From assembly GCA_951406725.2 (NCBI GenBank), contig OX597824.1:51336001-51400000 (forward strand): DNA of 64,000 bases, read 5' to 3'. Within the stretch, counting starts at the first letter, position 1. Each line of letters starts with the position of its first letter. This document shows positions 59,789-64,000 of this stretch, in pieces. The stretch is from Octopus vulgaris. Taxonomy: Eukaryota. The position numbers and the translations under genes are program-made. The notes below the pieces were generated by a model. That model ran no database searches and had not been told where the DNA came from. It worked only from the letters and a program-made list of their open reading frames with translations.

Positions 59789-59910
59789 GGTGGTGGTGGT
59801 GAAAATGATGATAAATTATTATTATCAGTAGCAGCAGCAGTAGTAGTATTAGTATTAGTATTAGTAGTTGCAGCAGCAGCTGCAGTAACAGCAACAGTAG
59901 CAGCAGCTGC

Positions 59911-59961
<51 letters not shown>

Positions 59962-60000
59962 GGTGGTGGTGGTGGTGGTGGTGGTGGTAGTAGTAGTATT
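59370..60000. repeat. Trinucleotide microsatellite cluster (ATC, GGT, GTT, GTA, GCA)
   Basis: Read directly from the sequence. Confidence 0.9.
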
Positions 60001-60073
60001 TGCTGTTGTTCTGTTGAAGATCTAGTTAGTTCATTATATGAAAAACAATGAATAACAAAAGAAAAGCCCGAAC

Positions 60074-60500
60074 AGGCGCAGCGTGGCTGTATGGTAACAA
60101 GCTTGCTTCCCAGCCACATAGTTCCGCGTTCAGTCCCACTGCGTGGCACCTTGGGCAGGTGTCTTCTACTATAGCCTCGGGCCGACCAAAGCCTTGTGAG
60201 TGGATTTGATAGACGGAAACTGAAAGAAGCCCGTCGTATATATATGTGTGTGTGTGAGTGCGTATGTATATATGTTTATGTGTATGTGTCTGTGTGTATT
60301 TGTGTTGTCTGTGATTGTCTCCCCCACCATTGCTTGACAACCGATGTTGGCGTGTTTACGTTCCTGTAACTTAGCGGTTCGGCAAAAGAGATCGATAAAG
60401 TATGTACAAGACTTACAAAGAATAAGTCCTCGGGTCGATTTGTTCGATTAAAGGCGTACTCCAGCGTGGCCGCAGTCAAATGACTGAAACAAGTAAAAGA
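60074..60500 (+). mobile_element. SINE family 1, full length
   Basis: Head, body and tail match 36816-37210. Confidence 0.9.
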
Positions 60501-60588
60501 ATAAAGGAATAAAAGATATTAATGGATACATAGACAGAAAGACAGACAAAGTGGAAGTAAGAGAGAGAGATAAGTCTGCCTCACTCAT

Positions 60589-60665
<77 letters not shown>

Positions 60666-60722
60666 ATAGATCGCTAGCCACTACACATTCTTTATTCTCT
60701 CTCCTTGTTTCTTTCTGTGTTC

Positions 60723-60758
60723 CTTTCTGTGGAAGAGCGTAGGCTCGAAACGTTAAAG
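60723..60758 (+). ncRNA. Minimal hammerhead with non-canonical CTGTGGA core, in pLTR remnant 60665-60850
   Basis: cttt-CTGTGGA-a-gagc-gtag-gctc-GAAA-c-GTT-aaag. Confidence 0.6.
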
Positions 60759-60873
60759 ACTTTTTCACTTCCCGAGCGTTATACTAATACAACTGTTTGT
60801 TGTCTACACCACATGTCTTCGTCTTTTGCTTTTCTTGTGAATCCTTCCCCTATATATACATACATACATACAT

Positions 60874-60962
<89 letters not shown>

Positions 60963-60965
<3 letters not shown>

Positions 60966-62555
60966 TTGCGGCCAAAATGTTCAGAACGGCATTGTTTTCG
61001 TCAGAAAAGTAAGTATAAGTTTTTATCAAAGTTGTTTTATATTCTATAATTTTCACAAACAATAAATACAATATTAATTGTTATTGTCTGACATTTTGGT
61101 GTAATTTGAGGGGATAATACAAAAGTTATGGATGGTTTAGTGATTCACTGCAAAACCCATGGCGGCCAAAATTATCAGAACGGTTGAAAAAATAACAAAA
61201 TAATCAAAAATGACAGAGAATACTGGAATTATTTAATATTTAGTTTGAAGCCCTTTAGCTTCAATCACACTCTAACATCTTCGACTGCATGAGGAAATTA
61301 AATTTTTAATTTCTTGCTGGGTGATCTTATTCCATTCTTCCTGAAGGGCATTTCATAATTGCTCGGTTGTTTTAGGATTTCTGGCTTTCGAACGTTCTCC
61401 TAGAATATTCCACACATTTTCAATAGGATTGAGATCTGAGCTTTGAGCTGGCCAATCCATAACAATAACCTTTTCAGCCTTGGGGCATTGTCCTGCATGA
61501 ATATGGGTGGTCGCTTAGTTGAATTTCTCAGCACAGGCAAGACATGATCTTTTACAAGTTGTTTATAAACTCCTGCATTTAACTTACCATGTAATCGCAC
61601 CAAAGGGCCCACACCATCTCCAGATATCATTCCCCAAACCATGACACTTCCTCCACCGAATTTAACACTAGTCTTAAGGCATTTAGGCGACAATTTTTCA
61701 CCTACTTTTCAACGAACGTACCTTTTCCCATCTGAGCCAAATAGCATAAACTTAGATTCATCACTGAAATGCACCGTTTGCCATTTTTCTTGAGACCACA
61801 ACACATATTCGGTTGCAAAGGTAAGACGACACTTTTTATTCTTGGAGCTGATCAGTGGCTTCACTGCAGGTGCTCTTGCTTGTAGGTCATGTTCAACTAA
61901 ACGACGAGACACAGTTTTTCGAGATAAAGTTTTCTTCAATACAATGCTCATTTTCCGAGAAACAGCAGCAGCAGTTTTAAATCTGTCCTTTTTAACCAAC
62001 TTTACCATAGCATGATCTTCTCTCTTGGTAGTTTTTCTTGGCCTACCTGTAAACTTTCTTGTTTCACACGAACCACAATCATCGTAGACCTTAAGAATAC
62101 CGTGTACAACACTTTTTGACTTGTTAACAATCTTTGCAATAGATCCAATACTTAAATTATCCTTTCTTCGAAGCTTAATAATCTGCTGACGAATTGGTAA
62201 CGGAGTAAGTGGCATTATATTAACAAAGTACACTGCAAATATTCTTACTAATGTTTTGTAAACGAACGTGTCACGTAAACAAATCCAAAACATTAGAGTT
62301 CGCCGGTTAAATATACTAAAACACGGAGTAAAAGCAACCGTTCTGATCATTTTGGCCACCATGGGTTTTGCAGTAAATCACTAAATCATCCATAACTTTT
62401 GTATTATTCTCTCAAATTACACCAAAATATCAGGCAATAACAAATAATATTGTATTTATTGTCTGTGAAAATTATAAAATATAAAACAACTTTGATAAAA
62501 AATTATATCTACTTTTCTGACGAAAACAATGCCGTTCTGAACATTTTGGCCGTAA

Positions 62556-62558
<3 letters not shown>
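60963..62558 (-). mobile_element. Full-length Tc1 (DD34E) element with ~225 bp IR/DR ends and TA target duplication
   Basis: ta|cagttgcggccaaaatgttcagaacgg...ccgttctgaacattttggccgtaactg|ta, with inner direct repeats at ~61163 and ~62337. Confidence 0.95.
61233..62215 (-). pseudogene. Tc1 transposase, frameshifted
   Basis: GRPRKTT, VHFSDESKF, KFGGGSVMVWG, FMQDNAP, WPAQSSDLNPIENVW. Confidence 0.9.
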
Positions 62559-62596
<38 letters not shown>

Positions 62597-62652
62597 CAGA
62601 CTGTCTGTCTGTCTGTCTGTCTGTCTGCCTGCCTGTCTGTCTGTCTGTCCGC

Positions 62653-62694
<42 letters not shown>

Positions 62695-62779
62695 GTGTAT
62701 CTGTCTACCTACCTATCTATCTATCTATCAAAAGGAAAGCTTCAGTTAAATAGATTCTAGCTTTGCAGGCTTGCAGACA

Positions 62780-63858
62780 CAATAAAAAAAGCAACAATGC
62801 AACAAATGCTGAAAAAAATGTGCAAGAAGTGTATGGGGAAATTGTTTTGAATACACACAAGTGTTAGCGACGGTTCCATAAATTTTGGCAAGGGGACTTT
62901 AGCATGGATGATGTCCACAGCTCTGGGTGCCCTTTCTCTTTTGCTAATGAGATGTTGAAAGCCGCTACTGGGAGAAATACGTATGCAACTGTTGAAGAGT
63001 TAGCAGAAGAGGTTATTTCATCATCATCAATTGTCTATTACCATTTGCAAGAAGTTGGAATCGTGTCTAAGCTTGGCAAGTGGGTTCCACATGAACTGAG
63101 TGAAAACAATCGAAGAGACTGTGTCAATATCTGCACTGCTCTTTATTCAAGAGAGAAAAAAATCTCCAATTTTTTAACTGCTTAGTGACCAGTGATGAAA
63201 ATTAGGTACTCTATAAGAATGCTAAGTGCCAATGTTAATGAGTTCAACCAAGACAACAAACAAGACTCCATCCAAAACAAGATCATCTTTGGGAAAGTTT
63301 TGTTAAGCATTTGGTGGGACATGTTTGGTGTAATTCACTTTAAAACCTTGCCACAAAACTAGACAATTACAGCTCAAGTGTACTGTGAACAAATTGATAG
63401 ATTGAATGAAAAACATACAGAAAAAAGGTGCTCTCTAGTCAATCGAAAGGGTTTCATTTTCCATCATGACAATGCCAAACCTCATAGTACAAGAATCACA
63501 TGTCTAAGATTGAGGAGCTAGGATGGGAAAGACTTCTACATCCTCTGTATTCTCCTGACCTTGCTCCTTTGGATTATCATTTATTCAGAAGCTTGCAAAA
63601 ATTTATCGATAGAAAAGAATATATTTCCTTAGAGGCACTTGAAACAAGCCTTCAAGAGTTTTTCTCTTCCAAGCAAGCTGGCTTCCATAGGATTGGTATG
63701 AAAAACCTTTTACAGCGCTGGAAGAATTTTATTGATTCAGGTGGGGAATATATAGTTGATTAAATTGGTACCTTACTTGCTTTTTTATTTCTTCCAAGCT
63801 TACCACACACACACACACACACAAAAACAAAACGACGTTACTTATGGGTTGATCTGAT
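62780..63858 (+). mobile_element. Degenerate mariner (DD34D) element
   Basis: KLGKWVPHELSE, VTSDE, FHHDNAKPH, YSPDLAPLDYHLFRSL; right TIR-like cttatgggttgatctga. Confidence 0.88.
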
Positions 63859-64000
63859 GTATTATGTGGTAAGGCTCCAACAAGTAGAACAGCACTCGAT
63901 CAGCTAAGAGAGTAAAGATAACGTTATAAAAACTACGAGGATATGTAATCATCTCAGTTGCACTGGTTTAATATCCTATATCTATCTATCTATCTATCTA

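Overview
AT-rich, microsatellite-dense eukaryotic intergenic or intronic DNA. The SINE families and repeat landscape suggest an octopus (cephalopod) genome (inference). I can support no intact host gene; most ORFs in the track are microsatellite artefacts. The window is a mosaic of decayed mobile elements: at least six Penelope-like element (PLE) RT/GIY-YIG fragments, two R4/Dong-type RLE retrotransposons next to (TAA)n, an L1/Tx1-like ORF1, about six Tc1/mariner elements (one with IR/DR ends), a Chapaev3-like transposase fragment and several tRNA-derived SINE families. The most striking signal is about 18 type-I hammerhead ribozyme motifs from about 11 different repeat families. Most have palindromic minimal stem III, some have greatly extended stem II or non-canonical cores, and many lie in fold-back (inverted-repeat) modules that place a ribozyme on each strand. 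Nine are packed into a 27.4-32.4 kb hotspot among (TA)n tracts. A young ~550 bp non-coding retroposon is found only inside (TAA)n arrays. Coordinates were read by eye and boundaries are approximate.
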